From the human T2T-CHM13v2.0 reference genome, Homo sapiens: a stretch of 64,000 nucleotides of DNA. Of the stretch, positions 27,701-42,700 are shown one piece after another. The notes below the pieces were generated by a model. It had not been told where the DNA came from and made no database searches. It worked only from the letters and a program-made list of their open reading frames with translations. The position numbers and the translations under genes are program-made. Position 1 is the stretch's first letter; each line of letters begins with the position of its first letter. The DNA lies in the NCBI RefSeq assembly GCF_009914755.1, contig NC_060941.1. One strand, 5' to 3'.

Positions 27701-30700
27701 TTGAGGCCTGTGGTGGAAAAGGAATTAACTTCCCGTAAAAGCTAGATAGAAGCATTCTCAGAAACTACTTTGTGATGATTGCATTCAAGTCACAGAGTTG
27801 AACATTCCCTTTGACAGAGCAGTTTGGAAACTCTCTTTGTGTAGAATCTGCAAGTGGAGATATGGACCGCTTTGAGGCCTATGGTAGTAAAGGAAATAGC
27901 TTCATATAAAAGCTAGACAGTAGCATTCACAGAAAACTCTTGGTGACGACTGAGTTTAACTCACAGAGCTGAACATTCCTTTGGATGGAGCAGTTTCGAA
28001 ACACACTATTTGTAGAATGTGCAAGTGGATATTTGGGCCTCTCTGAGGATTTCGTTGGAAACGGGATAAACCGCACAGAACTAAACAGAAGCATTCTCAG
28101 AACCTTCTTCGTGATGTTTGCATTCAACTCACAGTGTTGAACCTTTCTTTGATAGTTCAGGTTTGAAACGGTCTTTCTGTAGAAACTGCAAGTAGATATT
28201 TGGACCTCTCTGAGGATTTCGTTGGAAACGGGATAACCCGCACAGAACTAAAACAGAAGCATTCTCAGAACCCTCTTCGTGATGTTTGCATTCAACACAC
28301 AGTGCTGAACCTTTCTTTGATAGTTCAGCTTTGAAACACTCTTCTTGTAGAAACTGCAAGTGGATATTTGGTCCTCTCTGAGGATTTCGTTGGAAACGGG
28401 ATAAACCGCACAGAACTAAACAGAAGCATTCTCAGAACCTTCTTCGTGATGTCTGCATTCAACTCACAGTGTGGAACCTTTCTTTGATAGTTCAGGTTTG
28501 AAACACTCTTTTTGTAGAAACTGCAAGGGGATAATTGCACTTCTTTGAGGCCTACCGTAGTAAAGGAAATAACTTCCTATAGAAAGAAGACAGAAGCTTT
28601 CTCAGAAAATTCTTTGGGATGATTGAGTGGAACTCACAGAGCTGAACATTCCTTGCGATGTAGCAGTTTAGAAACACACTTTCTGCAGAATCTGCAAGTG
28701 CATATTTGGACCTCTCTGAGGAATTCGTTGGAAACGGGATAATTTCAGCTGACTAAACAGAAGCAGTCTCAGAATCTTCTTTGTGATGTTTGCATTCAAA
28801 TCCCAGAGTTGAACTTTCCTTTCAAAGTTCACGTTTGAAACACTCTTTTTGCAGGATCTACAAGTGGATATTTGGACCACTCTGTGTCCTTCGTTCGAAA
28901 CGGGTATATCTTCACATGACATCTAGACAGAAGCATTCTCAGAAGCTTCTCTGTGATGACTGCATTCAACTCACGGAGTTGAACACTCCTTTTGAGAGCG
29001 CAGTTTTGAAACTCTCTTTCTGTGGCATCTGCAAGGGGACATGTAGACCTCTTTGAAGATTTCGTTGGAAACGGAATCATCTTCACATAAAAACTATACA
29101 GATGCATTCTCAGGAACTTTTTGGTGATGTTTGTATTCAACTCCCAGAGTTGAACTTTCCTTTGGAAAGAGCAGCTATGAAACACTCTTTTTCTAGAATC
29201 TGCAAGTGGACGTTTGGAGGGCTTTGTGGTTTGTGGTGGAAAAGGAAATATCTTCACCTAAATACTAGATAGAAGCATTCTCAGAAACTGCTTTGTGATG
29301 ATTGCATTCACCTCACAGAGTTGAACATTCCTATTGATAGAGCAGTTTGGAAACACTCTTGTTGTGGAATGTGCAAGTGGAGATTTGGAGCGCTTTGAGG
29401 CCTATGGTAGTAAAGGGAATAGCTTCATAGAAAAACTAGACAGAAGCATTCTCAGAAAATACTTTGTGATGATTGAGTTTAACTCACAGAGCTGAACATT
29501 CCTTTGGATGGAGCAGGTTTGAGACACACTTTTTGTAGAATCTACAAGTGGATATTTGGACCTCTCTGAGGATTTCGTTGGAAACGGGATAACTGCACCT
29601 AACTAAACGGAAGCATTCTCAGAAACTTCTTGGTGATGTTTGCATTCAAATCCCAGAGTTGAACCTTCCTGTGATAGTTCAGGTTTGAAACACTCTTTTT
29701 GTAGGATCTGCAAGTGGATATTTGGACCACTCTGTGGCCTTCGTTCGAAACGGGTACATCTTCACATAAAATCTAGACAGAAGCCTTCTCAGAAACTTCT
29801 CTGTGATGATTGCATTCAACTCACAGAGTTGAACCCTCCTATGGATAGAGCATTGTTGAAACTCTCTTTTTGTGGAATCTGCAAGTGGATATGTGGACCT
29901 CTCCGAAGATGTCTTTGGAAACGGGAATATCTTCACATAAAAACTAAACAGAAGCATTCTCAGAAACTTCTCTGTGATGTTTGTGTTCAACTCCCAGAGT
30001 TTCACATTGCTTTTCATAGAGTAGTTCTGAAACATGCTTTTCGTAGTGTCTGCAAGTGGACATTTGGAGCGCTTTCAGGCCTGTGGTGGAAAACGAATTA
30101 TGGTCCCATAAAAACTGGAGAGAAGCATTGTCAGAAACTTCTTTGTGATGATTGCATTCAACTCACGGAGATGAAGGTTCCTTTACAAACAGCAGTTTCC
30201 AAACACTCTTTCTGTGGAATCTGCAAGTGGATATTTGGACCTCTTTGAAGATTTCGTTGGAAACGGGAGAATCTTCACAGAAAAGCTAAACAGAAGCATT
30301 CTCAGAAACTTCTTTGTGATGCTTGCATTCAACTCACAGAGTTGAACTTTCCTTTCGAGAGAGAAGCTTTGAAACACTCTTTTTCCAGAATCTGCAAGTG
30401 GACATTTGGAGGGCTTTGAGGCCTGTGGTGGAAAAGGAATTAACTTCCCGTAAAAGCTAGATAGAAGCATTCTCAGAAACTACTTTGTGATGATTGCATT
30501 CAAGTCACAGAGTTGAACATTCCCTTTGACAGAGCAGTTTGGAAACTCTCTTTGTGTAGAATCTGCAAGTGGAGATATGGACCGCTTTGAGGCCTATGGT
30601 AGTAAAGGAAATAGCTTCATATAAAAGCTAGACAGTAGCATTCACAGAAAACTCTTGGTGACGACTGAGTTTAACTCACAGAGCTGAACATTCCTTTGGA

Positions 30701-33700
30701 TGGAGCAGTTTCGAAACACACTATTTGTAGAATGTGCAAGTGGATATTTGGGCCTCTCTGAGGATTTCGTTGGAAACGGGATAAACCGCACAGAACTAAA
30801 CAGAAGCATTCTCAGAACCTTCTTCGTGATGTTTGCATTCAACTCACAGTGTTGAACCTTTCTTTGATAGTTCAGGTTTGAAACGGTCTTTCTGTAGAAA
30901 CTGCAAGTAGATATTTGGACCTCTCTGAGGATTTCGTTGGAAACGGGATAACCCGCACAGAACTAAAACAGAAGCATTCTCAGAACCCTCTTCGTGATGT
31001 TTGCATTCAACACACAGTGCTGAACCTTTCTTTGATAGTTCAGCTTTGAAACACTCTTCTTGTAGAAACTGCAAGTGGATATTTGGTCCTCTCTGAGGAT
31101 TTCGTTGGAAACGGGATAAACCGCACAGAACTAAACAGAAGCATTCTCAGAACCTTCTTCGTGATGTCTGCATTCAACTCACAGTGTGGAACCTTTCTTT
31201 GATAGTTCAGGTTTGAAACACTCTTTTTGTAGAAACTGCAAGGGGATAATTGCACTTCTTTGAGGCCTACCGTAGTAAAGGAAATAACTTCCTATAGAAA
31301 GAAGACAGAAGCTTTCTCAGAAAATTCTTTGGGATGATTGAGTGGAACTCACAGAGCTGAACATTCCTTGCGATGTAGCAGTTTAGAAACACACTTTCTG
31401 CAGAATCTGCAAGTGCATATTTGGACCTCTCCGAGGAATTCGTTGGAAACGGGATAATTTCAGCTGACTAAACAGAAGCAGTCTCAGAATCTTCTTTGTG
31501 ATGTTTGCATTCAAATCCCAGAGTTGAACTTTCCTTTCAAAGTTCACGTTTGAAACACTCTTTTTGCAGGATCTACAAGTGGATATTTGGACCACTCTGT
31601 GTCCTTCGTTCGAAACGGGTATATCTTCACATGACATCTAGACAGAAGCATTCTCAGAAGCTTCTCTGTGATGACTGCATTCAACTCACGGAGTTGAACA
31701 CTCCTTTTGAGAGCGCAGTTTTGAAACTCTCTTTCTGTGGCATCTGCAAGGGGACATGTAGACCTCTTTGAAGATTTCGTTGGAAACGGAATCATCTTCA
31801 CATAAAAACTATACAGATGCATTCTCAGGAACTTTTTGGTGATGTTTGTATTCAACTCCCAGAGTTGAACTTTCCTTTGGAAAGAGCAGCTATGAAACAC
31901 TCTTTTTCTAGAATCTGCAAGTGGACGTTTGGAGGGCTTTGTGGTTTGTGGTGGAAAAGGAAATATCTTCACCTAAATACTAGATAGAAGCATTCTCAGA
32001 AACTGCTTTGTGATGATTGCATTCACCTCACAGAGTTGAACATTCCTATTGATAGAGCAGTTTGGAAACACTCTTGTTGTGGAATGTGCAAGTGGAGATT
32101 TGGAGCGCTTTGAGGCCTATGGTAGTAAAGGGAATAGCTTCATAGAAAAACTAGACAGAAGCATTCTCAGAAAATACTTTGTGATGATTGAGTTTAACTC
32201 ACAGAGCTGAACATTCCTTTGGATGGAGCAGGTTTGAGACACACTTTTTGTAGAATCTACAAGTGGATATTTGGACCTCTCTGAGGATTTCGTTGGAAAC
32301 GGGATAACTGCACCTAACTAAACGGAAGCATTCTCAGAAACTTCTTGGTGATGTTTGCATTCAAATCCCAGAGTTGAACCTTCCTGTGATAGTTCAGGTT
32401 TGAAACACTCTTTTTGTAGGATCTGCAAGTGGATATTTGGACCACTCTGTGGCCTTCGTTCGAAACGGGTACATCTTCACATAAAATCTAGACAGAAGCC
32501 TTCTCAGAAACTTCTCTGTGATGATTGCATTCAACTCACAGATTTGAACCCTCCTATGGATAGAGCATTCTTGAAACTCTCTTTTTGTGGAATCTGCAAG
32601 TGGATATGTGGACCTCTCCGAAGATGTCTTTGGAAACGGGAATATCTTCACATAAAAACTAAACAGAAGCATTCTCAGAAACTTCTCTGTGATGTTTGTG
32701 TTCAACTCCCAGAGTTTCACATTGCTTCTCATAGAGTAGTTCTGAAACATGCTTTTCGTAGTGTCTGCAAGTGGACATTTGGAGCGCTTTCAGGCCTGTG
32801 GTGGAAAACGAATTATGGTCCCATAAAAACTGGAGAGAAGCATTGTCAGAAACTTCTTTGTGATGATTGCATTCAACTCACAGAGATGAAGGTTCCTTTA
32901 CAAACAGCAGTTTCCAAACACTCTTTCTGTGGAATCTGCAAGTGGATATTTGGACCTCTTTGAAGATTTCGTTGGAAACGGGAGAATCTTCACAGAAAAT
33001 CTAAACAGAAGCATTCTCAGAAACTTCTTTGTGATGCTTGCATTCAACTCACAGAGTTGAACTTTCCTTTCGAGAGAGAAGCTTTGAAACACTCTTTTTC
33101 CAGAATCTGCAAGTGGACATTTGGAGGGCTTTGAGGCCTGTGGTGGAAAAGGAATTAACTTCCCGTAAAAGCTAGATAGAAGCATTCTCAGAAACTACTT
33201 TGTGATGATTGCATTCAAGTCACAGAGTTGAACATTCCCTTTGACAGAGCAGTTTGGAAACTCTCTTTGTGTAGAATCTGCAAGTGGAGATATGGACCGC
33301 TTTGAGGCCTATGGTAGTAAAGGAAATAGCTTCATATAAAAGCTAGACAGTAGCATTCACAGAAAACTCTTGGTGACGACTGAGTTTAACTCACAGAGCT
33401 GAACATTCCTTTGGATGGAGCAGTTTCGAAACACACTATTTGTAGAATGTGCAAGTGGATATTTGGGCCTCTCTGAGGATTTCGTTGGAAACGGGATAAA
33501 CCGCACAGAACTAAACAGAAGCATTCTCAGAACCTACTTCGTGATGTTTGCATTCAACTCACAGTGTTGAACCTTTCTTTGATAGTTCAGGTTTGAAACG
33601 GTCTTTCTGTAGAAACTGCAAGTAGATATTTGGACCTCTCTGAGGATTTCGTTGGAAAAGGGATAAACCGCTCAGAACTAAAACAGAAGCATTCTCAGAA

Positions 33701-36700
33701 CCCTCTTCGTGATGTTTGCATTCAACTCACAGTGCTGAACCTTTCTTTGATAGTTCAGCTTTGAAACACTCTTCTTGTAGAAACTGCAAGTGGATATTTG
33801 GTCCTCTCTGAGGATTTCGTTGGAAACGGGATAAACCGCACAGAACTAAACAGAAGCATTCTCAGAACCTTCTTCGTGATGTCTGCATTCAACTCACAGT
33901 GTGGAACCTTTCTTTGATAGTTCAGGTTTGAAACACTCTTTTTGTAGAAACTGCAAGGGGATAATTGCACTTCTTTGAGGCCTACCGTAGTAAAGGAAAT
34001 AACTTCCTATAGAAAGAAGACAGAAGCTTTCTCAGAAAATTCTTTGGGATGATTGAGTGGAACTCACAGAGCTGAACATTCCTTGCGATGTAGCAGTTTA
34101 GAAACACACTTTCTGCAGAATCTGCAAGTGCATATTTGGACCTCTCCGAGGAATTCGTTGGAAACGGGATAATTTCAGCTGACTAAACAGAAGCAGTCTC
34201 AGAATCTTCTTTGTGATGTTTGCATTCAAATCCCAGAGTTGAACTTTCCTTTCAAAGTTCACGTTTGAAACACTCTTTTTGCAGGATCTACAAGTGGATA
34301 TTTGGACCACTCTGTGTCCTTCGTTCGAAACGGGTATATCTTCACATGACATCTAGACAGAAGCATCCTCAGAAGCTTCTCTGTGATGACTGCATTCAAC
34401 TCACGGAGTTGAACACTCCTTTTGAGAGCGCAGTTTTGAAACTCTCTTTCTGTGGCATCTGCAAGGGGACATGTAGACCTCTTTGAAGATTTCGTTGGAA
34501 ACGGAATCATCTTCACATAAAAACTATACAGATGCATTCTCAGGAACTTTTTGGTGATGTTTGTATTCAACTCCCAGAGTTGAACTTTCCTTTGGAAAGA
34601 GCAGCTATGAAACACTCTTTTTCTAGAATCTGCAAGTGGACGTTTGGAGGGCTTTGTGGTTTGTGGTGGAAAAGGAAATATCTTCACCTAAATACTAGAT
34701 AGAAGCATTCTCAGAAACTGCTTTGTGATGATTGCATTCACCTCACAGAGTTGAACATTCCTATTGATAGAGCAGTTTGGAAACACTCTTGTTGTGGAAT
34801 GTGCAAGTGGAGACTTGGAGCGTTTTGAGGCCTATGGTAGTAAAGGGAATAGCTTCATAGAAAAACTAGACAGAAGCATTCTCAGAAAATACTTTGTGAT
34901 GATTGAGTTTAACTCACAGAGCTGAACATTCCTTTGGATGGAGCAGGTTTGAGACACACTTTTTGTAGAATCTACAAGTGGATATTTGGACCTCTCTGAG
35001 GATTTCGTTGGAAACGCGATAACTGCACCTAATTAAACGGAAGCATTCTCAGAAACTTCTTGGTGATGTTTGCATTCAAATCCCAGAGTTGAACCTTCCT
35101 TTGATAGTTCAGGTTTGAAACACACTTTTTGTAGGATCTGCAAGTGGATATTTGGACCACTCTGTGGCCTTCGTTCGAAACGGGTACATCTTCGCATAAA
35201 ATCTAGACAGAAGCCTTCTCAGAAACTTCTCTGTGATGATTGCATTCAATTCACAGAGTTGAACCCTCCTATGGATAGAGCATTGTTGAAACTCTCTTTT
35301 TGTGGAATCTGCAAGTGGATATGTGGACCTCTCCGAAGATGTCTTTGGAAACGGGAATATCTTCACATAAAAACTAAACAGAAGCATTCTCAGAAACTTC
35401 TCTGTGATGTTTGTGTTCAACTCCCAGAGTTTCACATTGCTTTTCATAGAGTAGTTCTGAAACATGCTTTTCGTAGTGTCTGCAAGTGGACATTTGGAGC
35501 GCTTTCAGGCCTGTGGTGGAAAACGAATTATGGTCCCATAAAAACTGGAGAGAAGCATTGTCAGAAACTTCTTTGTGATGATTGCATTCAACTCACGGAG
35601 ATGAAGGTTCCTTTACAAACAGCAGTTTCCAAACACTCTTTCTGTGGAATCTGCAAGTGGATATTTGGACCTCTTTGAAGATTTCGTTGGAAACGGGAGA
35701 ATCTTCACAGAAAAGCTAAACAGAAGCATTCTCAGAAACTTCTTTGTGATGCTTGCATTCAACTCACAGAGTTGAACTTTCCTTTCGAGAGAGAAGCTTT
35801 GAAACACTCTTTTTCCAGAATCTGCAAGTGGACATTTGGAGGGCTTTGAGGCCTGTGGTGGAAAAGGAATTAACTTCCCGTAAAAGCTAGATAGAAGCAT
35901 TCTCAGAAACTACTTTGTGATGATTGCATTCAAGTCACAGAGTTGAACATTCCCTTTGACAGAGCAGTTTGGAAACTCTCTTTGTGTAGAATCTGCAAGT
36001 GGAGATATGGACCGCTTTGAGGCCTATGGTAGTAAAGGAAATAGCTTCATATAAAAGCTAGACAGTAGCATTCACAGAAAACTCTTGGTGACGACTGAGT
36101 TTAACTCACAGAGCTGAACATTCCTTTGGATGGAGCAGTTTCGAAACACACTATTTGTAGAATGTGCAAGTGGATATTTGGGCCTCTCTGAGGATTTCGT
36201 TGGAAACGGGATAAACCGCACAGAACTAAACAGAAGCATTCTCAGAACCTTCTTCGTGATGTTTGCATTCAACTCACAGTGTTGAACCTTTCTTTGATAG
36301 TTCAGGTTTGAAACGGTCTTTCTGTAGAAACTGCAAGTAGATATTTGGACCTCTCTGAGGATTTCGTTGGAAACGGGATAACCCGCACAGAACTAAAACA
36401 GAAGCATTCTCAGAACCCTCTTCGTGATGTTTGCATTCAACACACAGTGCTGAACCTTTCTTTGATAGTTCAGCTTTGAAACACTCTTCTTGTAGAAACT
36501 GCAAGTGGATATTTGGTCCTCTCTGAGGATTTCGTTGGAAACGGGATAAACCGCACAGAACTAAACAGAAGCATTCTCAGAACCTTCTTCGTGATGTCTG
36601 CATTCAACTCACAGTGTGGAACCTTTCTTTGATAGTTCAGGTTTGAAACACTCTTTTTGTAGAAACTGCAAGGGGATAATTGCACTTCTTTGAGGCCTAC

Positions 36701-39700
36701 CGTAGTAAAGGAAATAACTTCCTATAGAAAGAAGACAGAAGCTTTCTCAGAAAATTCTTTGGGATGATTGAGTGGAACTCACAGAGCTGAACATTCCTTG
36801 CGATGTAGCAGTTTAGAAACACACTTTCTGCAGAATCTGCAAGTGCATATTTGGACCTCTCCGAGGAATTCGTTGGAAACGGGATAATTTCAGCTGACTA
36901 AACAGAAGCAGTCTCAGAATCTTCTTTGTGATGTTTGCATTCAAATCCCAGAGTTGAACTTTCCTTTCAAAGTTCACGTTTGAAACACTCTTTTTGCAGG
37001 ATCTACAAGTGGATATTTGGACCACTCTGTGTCCTTCGTTCGAAACGGGTATATCTTCACATGACATCTAGACAGAAGCATTCTCAGAAGCTTCTCTGTG
37101 ATGACTGCATTCAACTCACGGAGTTCAACACTCCTTTTGAGAGCGCAGTTTTGAAACTCTCTTTCTGTGGCATCTGCAAGGGGACATGTAGACCTCTTTG
37201 AAGATTTCGTTGGAAACGGAATCATCTTCACATAAAAACTATACAGATGCATTCTCAGGAACTTTTTGGTGATGTTTGTATTCAACTCCCAGAGTTGAAC
37301 TTTCCTTTGGAAAGAGCAGCTATGAAACACTCTTTTTCTAGAATCTGCAAGTGGACGTTTGGAGGGCTTTGTGGTTTGTGGTGGAAAAGGAAATATCTTC
37401 ACCTAAATACTAGATAGAAGCATTCTCAGAAACTGCTTTGTGATGATTGCATTCACCTCACAGAGTTGAACATTCCTATTGATAGAGCAGTTTGGAAACA
37501 CTCTTGTTGTGGAATGTGCAAGTGGAGATTTGGAGCGCTTTGAGGCCTATGGTAGTAAAGGGAATAGCTTCATAGAAAAACTAGACAGAAGCATTCTCAG
37601 AAAATACTTTGTGATGATTGAGTTTAACTCACAGAGCTGAACATTCCTTTGGATGGAGCAGGTTTGAGACACACTTTTTGTAGAATCTACAAGTGGATAT
37701 TTGGACCTCTCTGAGGATTTCGTTGGAAACGGGATAACTGCACCTAACTAAACGGAAGCATTCTCAGAAACTTCTTGGTGATGTTTGCATTCAAATCCCA
37801 GAGTTGAACCTTCCTGTGATAGTTCAGGTTTGAAACACTCTTTTTGTAGGATCTGCAAGTGGATATTTGGACCACTCTGTGGCCTTCGTTCGAAACGGGT
37901 ACATCTTCACATAAAATCTAGACAGAAGCCTTCTCAGAAACTTCTCTGTGATGATTGCATTCAACTCACAGATTTGAACCCTCCTATGGATAGAGCATTC
38001 TTGAAACTCTCTTTTTGTGGAATCTGCAAGTGGATATGTGGACCTCTCCGAAGATGTCCTTGGAAACGGGAATATCTTCACATAAAAACTAAACAGAAGC
38101 ATTCTCAGAAACTTCTCTGTGATGTTTGTGTTCAACTCCCAGAGTTTCACATTGCTTTTCATAGAGTAGTTCTGAAACATGCTTTTCGTAGTGTCTGCAA
38201 GTGGACATTTGGAGCGCTTTCAGGCCTGTGGTGGAAAACGAATTATGGTCCCATGAAAACTGGAGAGAAGCATTGTCAGAAACTTCTTTGTGATGATTGC
38301 ATTCAACTCACAGAGATGAAGGTTCCTTTACAAACAGCAGTTTCCAAACACTCTTTCTGTGGAATCTGCAAGTGGATATTTGGACCTCTTTGAAGATTTC
38401 GTTGGAAACGGGAGAATCTTCACAGAAAAGCTAAACAGAAGCATTCTCAGAAACTTCTTTGTGATGCTTGCATTCAACTCACCGAGTTGAACTTTCCTTT
38501 CGAGAGAGAAGCTTTGAAACACTCTTTTTCCAGAATCTGCAAGTGGACATTTGGAGGGCTTTGAGGCCTGTGGTGGAAAAGGAATTAACTTCCCGTAAAA
38601 GCTAGATAGAAGCATTCTCAGAAACTACTTTGTGATGATTGCATTCAAGTCACAGAGTTGAACATTCCCTTTGACAGAGCAGTTTGGAAACTCTCTTTGT
38701 GTAGAATCTGCAAGTGGAGATATGGACCGCTTTGAGGCCTATGGTAGTAAAGGAAATAGCTTCATATAAAAGCTAGACAGTAGCATTCACAGAAAACTCT
38801 TGGTGACGACTGAGTTTAACTCACAGAGCTGAACATTCCTTTGGATGGAGCAGTTTCGAAACACACTATTTGTAGAATGTGCAAGTGGATATTTGGGCCT
38901 CTCTGAGGATTTCGTTGGAAACGGGATAAACCGCACAGAACTAAACAGAAGCATTCTCAGAACCTTCTTCGTGATGTTTGCATTCAACTCACAGTGTTGA
39001 ACCTTTCTTTGATAGTTCAGGTTTGAAACGGTCTTTCTGTAGAAACTGCAAGTAGATATTTGGACCTCTCTGAGGATTTCGTTGGAAACGGGATAACCCG
39101 CACAGAACTAAAACAGAAGCATTCTCAGAACCCTCTTCGTGATGTTTGCATTCAACACACAGTGCTGAACCTTTCTTTGATAGTTCAGCTTTGAAACACT
39201 CTTCTTGTAGAAACTGCAAGTGGATATTTGGTCCTCTCTGAGGATTTCGTTGGAAACGGGATAAACCGCACAGAACTAAACAGAAGCATTCTCAGAACCT
39301 TCTTCGTGATGTCTGCATTCAACTCACAGTGTGGAACCTTTCTTTGATAGTTCAGGTTTGAAACACTCTTTTTGTAGAAACTGCAAGGGGATAATTGCAC
39401 TTCTTTGAGGCCTACCGTAGTAAAGGAAATAACTTCCTATAGAAAGAAGACAGAAGCTTTCTCAGAAAATTCTTTGGGATGATTGAGTGGAACTCACAGA
39501 GCTGAACATTCCTTGCGATGTAGCAGTTTAGAAACACACTTTCTGCAGAATCTGCAAGTGCATATTTGGACCTCTCCGAGGAATTCGTTGGAAACGGGAT
39601 AATTTCAGCTGACTAAACAGAAGCAGTCTCAGAATCTTCTTTGTGATGTTTGCATTCAAATCCCAGAGTTGAACTTTCCTTTCAAAGTTCACGTTTGAAA

Positions 39701-42700
39701 CACTCTTTTTGCAGGATCTACAAGTGGATATTTGGACCACTCTGTGTCCTTCGTTCGAAACGGGTATATCTTCACATGACATCTAGACAGAAGCATCCTC
39801 AGAAGCTTCTCTGTGATGACTGCATTCAACTCACGGAGTTGAACACTCCTTTTGAGAGCGCAGTTTTGAAACTCTCTTTCTGTGGCATCTGCAAGGGGAC
39901 ATGTAGACCTCTTTGAAGATTTCGTTGGAAACGGAATCATCTTCACATAAAAACTATACAGATGCATTCTCAGGAACTTTTTGGTGATGTTTGTATTCAA
40001 CTCCCAGAGTTGAACTTTCCTTTGGAAAGAGCAGCTATGAAACACTCTTTTTCTAGAATCTGCAAGTGGACGTTTGGAGGGCTTTGTGGTTTGTGGTGGA
40101 AAAGGAAATATCTTCACCTAAATACTAGATAGAAGCATTCTCAGAAACTGCTTTGTGATGATTGCATTCACCTCACAGAGTTGAACATTCCTATTGATAG
40201 AGCAGTTTGGAAACACTCTTGTTGTGGAATGTGCAAGTGGAGACTTGGAGCGTTTTGAGGCCTATGGTAGTAAAGGGAATAGCTTCATAGAAAAACTAGA
40301 CAGAAGCATTCTCAGAAAATACTTTGTGATGATTGAGTTTAACTCACAGAGCTGAACATTCCTTTGGATGGAGCAGGTTTGAGACACACTTTTTGTAGAA
40401 TCTACAAGTGGATATTTGGACCTCTCTGAGGATTTCGTTGGAAACGCGATTACTGCACCTAATTAAACGGAAGCATTCTCAGAAACTTCTTGGTGATGTT
40501 TGCATTCAAATCCCAGAGTTGAACCTTCCTTTGATAGTTCAGGTTTGAAACACACTTTTTGTAGGATCTGCAAGTGGATATTTGGACCACTCTGTGGCCT
40601 TCGTTCGAAACGGGTACATCTTCGCATAAAATCTAGACAGAAGCCTTCTCAGAAACTTCTCTGTGATGATTGCATTCAACTCACAGAGTTGAACCCTCCT
40701 ATGGATAGAGCATTGTTGAAACTCTCTTTTTGTGGAATCTGCAAGTGGATATGTGGACCTCTCCGAAGATGTCTTTGGAAACGGGAATATCTTCACATAA
40801 AAACTAAACAGAAGCATTCTCAGAAACTTCTCTGTGATGTTTGTGTTCAACTCCCAGAGTTTCACATTGCTTTTCATAGAGTAGTTCTGAAACATGCTTT
40901 TCGTAGTGTCTGCAAGTGGACATTTGGAGCGCTTTCAGGCCTGTGGTGGAAAACGAATTATGGTCCCATGAAAACTGGAGAGAAGCATTGTCAGAAACTT
41001 CTTTGTGATGATTGCATTCAACTCACAGAGATGAAGGTTCCTTTACAAACAGCAGTTTCCAAACACTCTTTCTGTGGAATCTGCAAGTGGATATTTGGAC
41101 CTCTTTGAAGATTTCGTTGGAAACGGGAGAATCTTCACAGAAAAGCTAAACAGAAGCATTCTCAGAAACTTCTTTGTGATGCTTGCATTCAACTCACAGA
41201 GTTGAACTTTCCTTTCGAGAGAGAAGCTTTGAAACACTCTTTTTCCAGAATCTGCAAGTGGACATTTGGAGGGCTTTGAGGCCTGTGGTGGAAAAGGAAT
41301 TAACTTCCCGTAAAAGCTAGATAGAAGCATTCTCAGAAACTACTTTGTGATGATTGCATTCAAGTCACAGAGTTGAACATTCCCTTTGACAGAGCAGTTT
41401 GGAAACTCTCTTTGTGTAGAATCTGCAAGTGGAGATATGGACCGCTTTGAGGCCTATGGTAGTAAAGGAAATAGCTTCATATAAAAGCTAGACAGTAGCA
41501 TTCACAGAAAACTCTTGGTGACGACTGAGTTTAACTCACAGAGCTGAACATTCCTTTGGATGGAGCAGTTTCGAAACACACTATTTGTAGAATGTGCAAG
41601 TGGATATTTGGGCCTCTCTGAGGATTTCGTTGGAAACGGGATAAACCGCACAGAACTAAACAGAAGCATTCTCAGAACCTTCTTCGTGATGTTTGCATTC
41701 AACTCACAGTGTTGAACCTTTCTTTGATAGTTCAGGTTTGAAACGGTCTTTCTGTAGAAACTGCAAGTAGATATTTGGACCTCTCTGAGGATTTCGTTGG
41801 AAACGGGATAACCCGCACAGAACTAAAACAGAAGCATTCTCAGAACCCTCTTCGTGATGTTTGCATTCAACACACAGTGCTGAACCTTTCTTTGATAGTT
41901 CAGCTTTGAAACACTCTTCTTGTAGAAACTGCAAGTGGATATTTGGTCCTCTCTGAGGATTTCGTTGGAAACGGGATAAACCGCACAGAACTAAACAGAA
42001 GCATTCTCAGAACCTTCTTCGTGATGTCTGCATTCAACTCACAGTGTGGAACCTTTCTTTGATAGTTCAGGTTTGAAACACTCTTTTTGTAGAAACTGCA
42101 AGGGGATAATTGCACTTCTTTGAGGCCTACCGTAGTAAAGGAAATAACTTCCTATAGAAAGAAGACAGAAGCTTTCTCAGAAAATTCTTTGGGATGATTG
42201 AGTGGAACTCACAGAGCTGAACATTCCTTGCGATGTAGCAGTTTAGAAACACACTTTCTGCAGAATCTGCAAGTGCATATTTGGACCTCTCCGAGGAATT
42301 CGTTGGAAACGGGATAATTTCAGCTGACTAAACAGAAGCAGTCTCAGAATCTTCTTTGTGATGTTTGCATTCAAATCCCAGAGTTGAACTTTCCTTTCAA
42401 AGTTCACGTTTGAAACACTCTTTTTGCAGGATCTACAAGTGGATATTTGGACCACTCTGTGTCCTTCGTTCGAAACGGGTATATCTTCACATGACATCTA
42501 GACAGAAGCATTCTCAGAAGCTTCTCTGTGATGACTGCATTCAACTCACGGAGTTCAACACTCCTTTTGAGAGCGCAGTTTTGAAACTCTCTTTCTGTGG
42601 CATCTGCAAGGGGACATGTAGACCTCTTTGAAGATTTCGTTGGAAACGGAATCATCTTCACATAAAAACTATACAGATGCATTCTCAGGAACTTTTTGGT

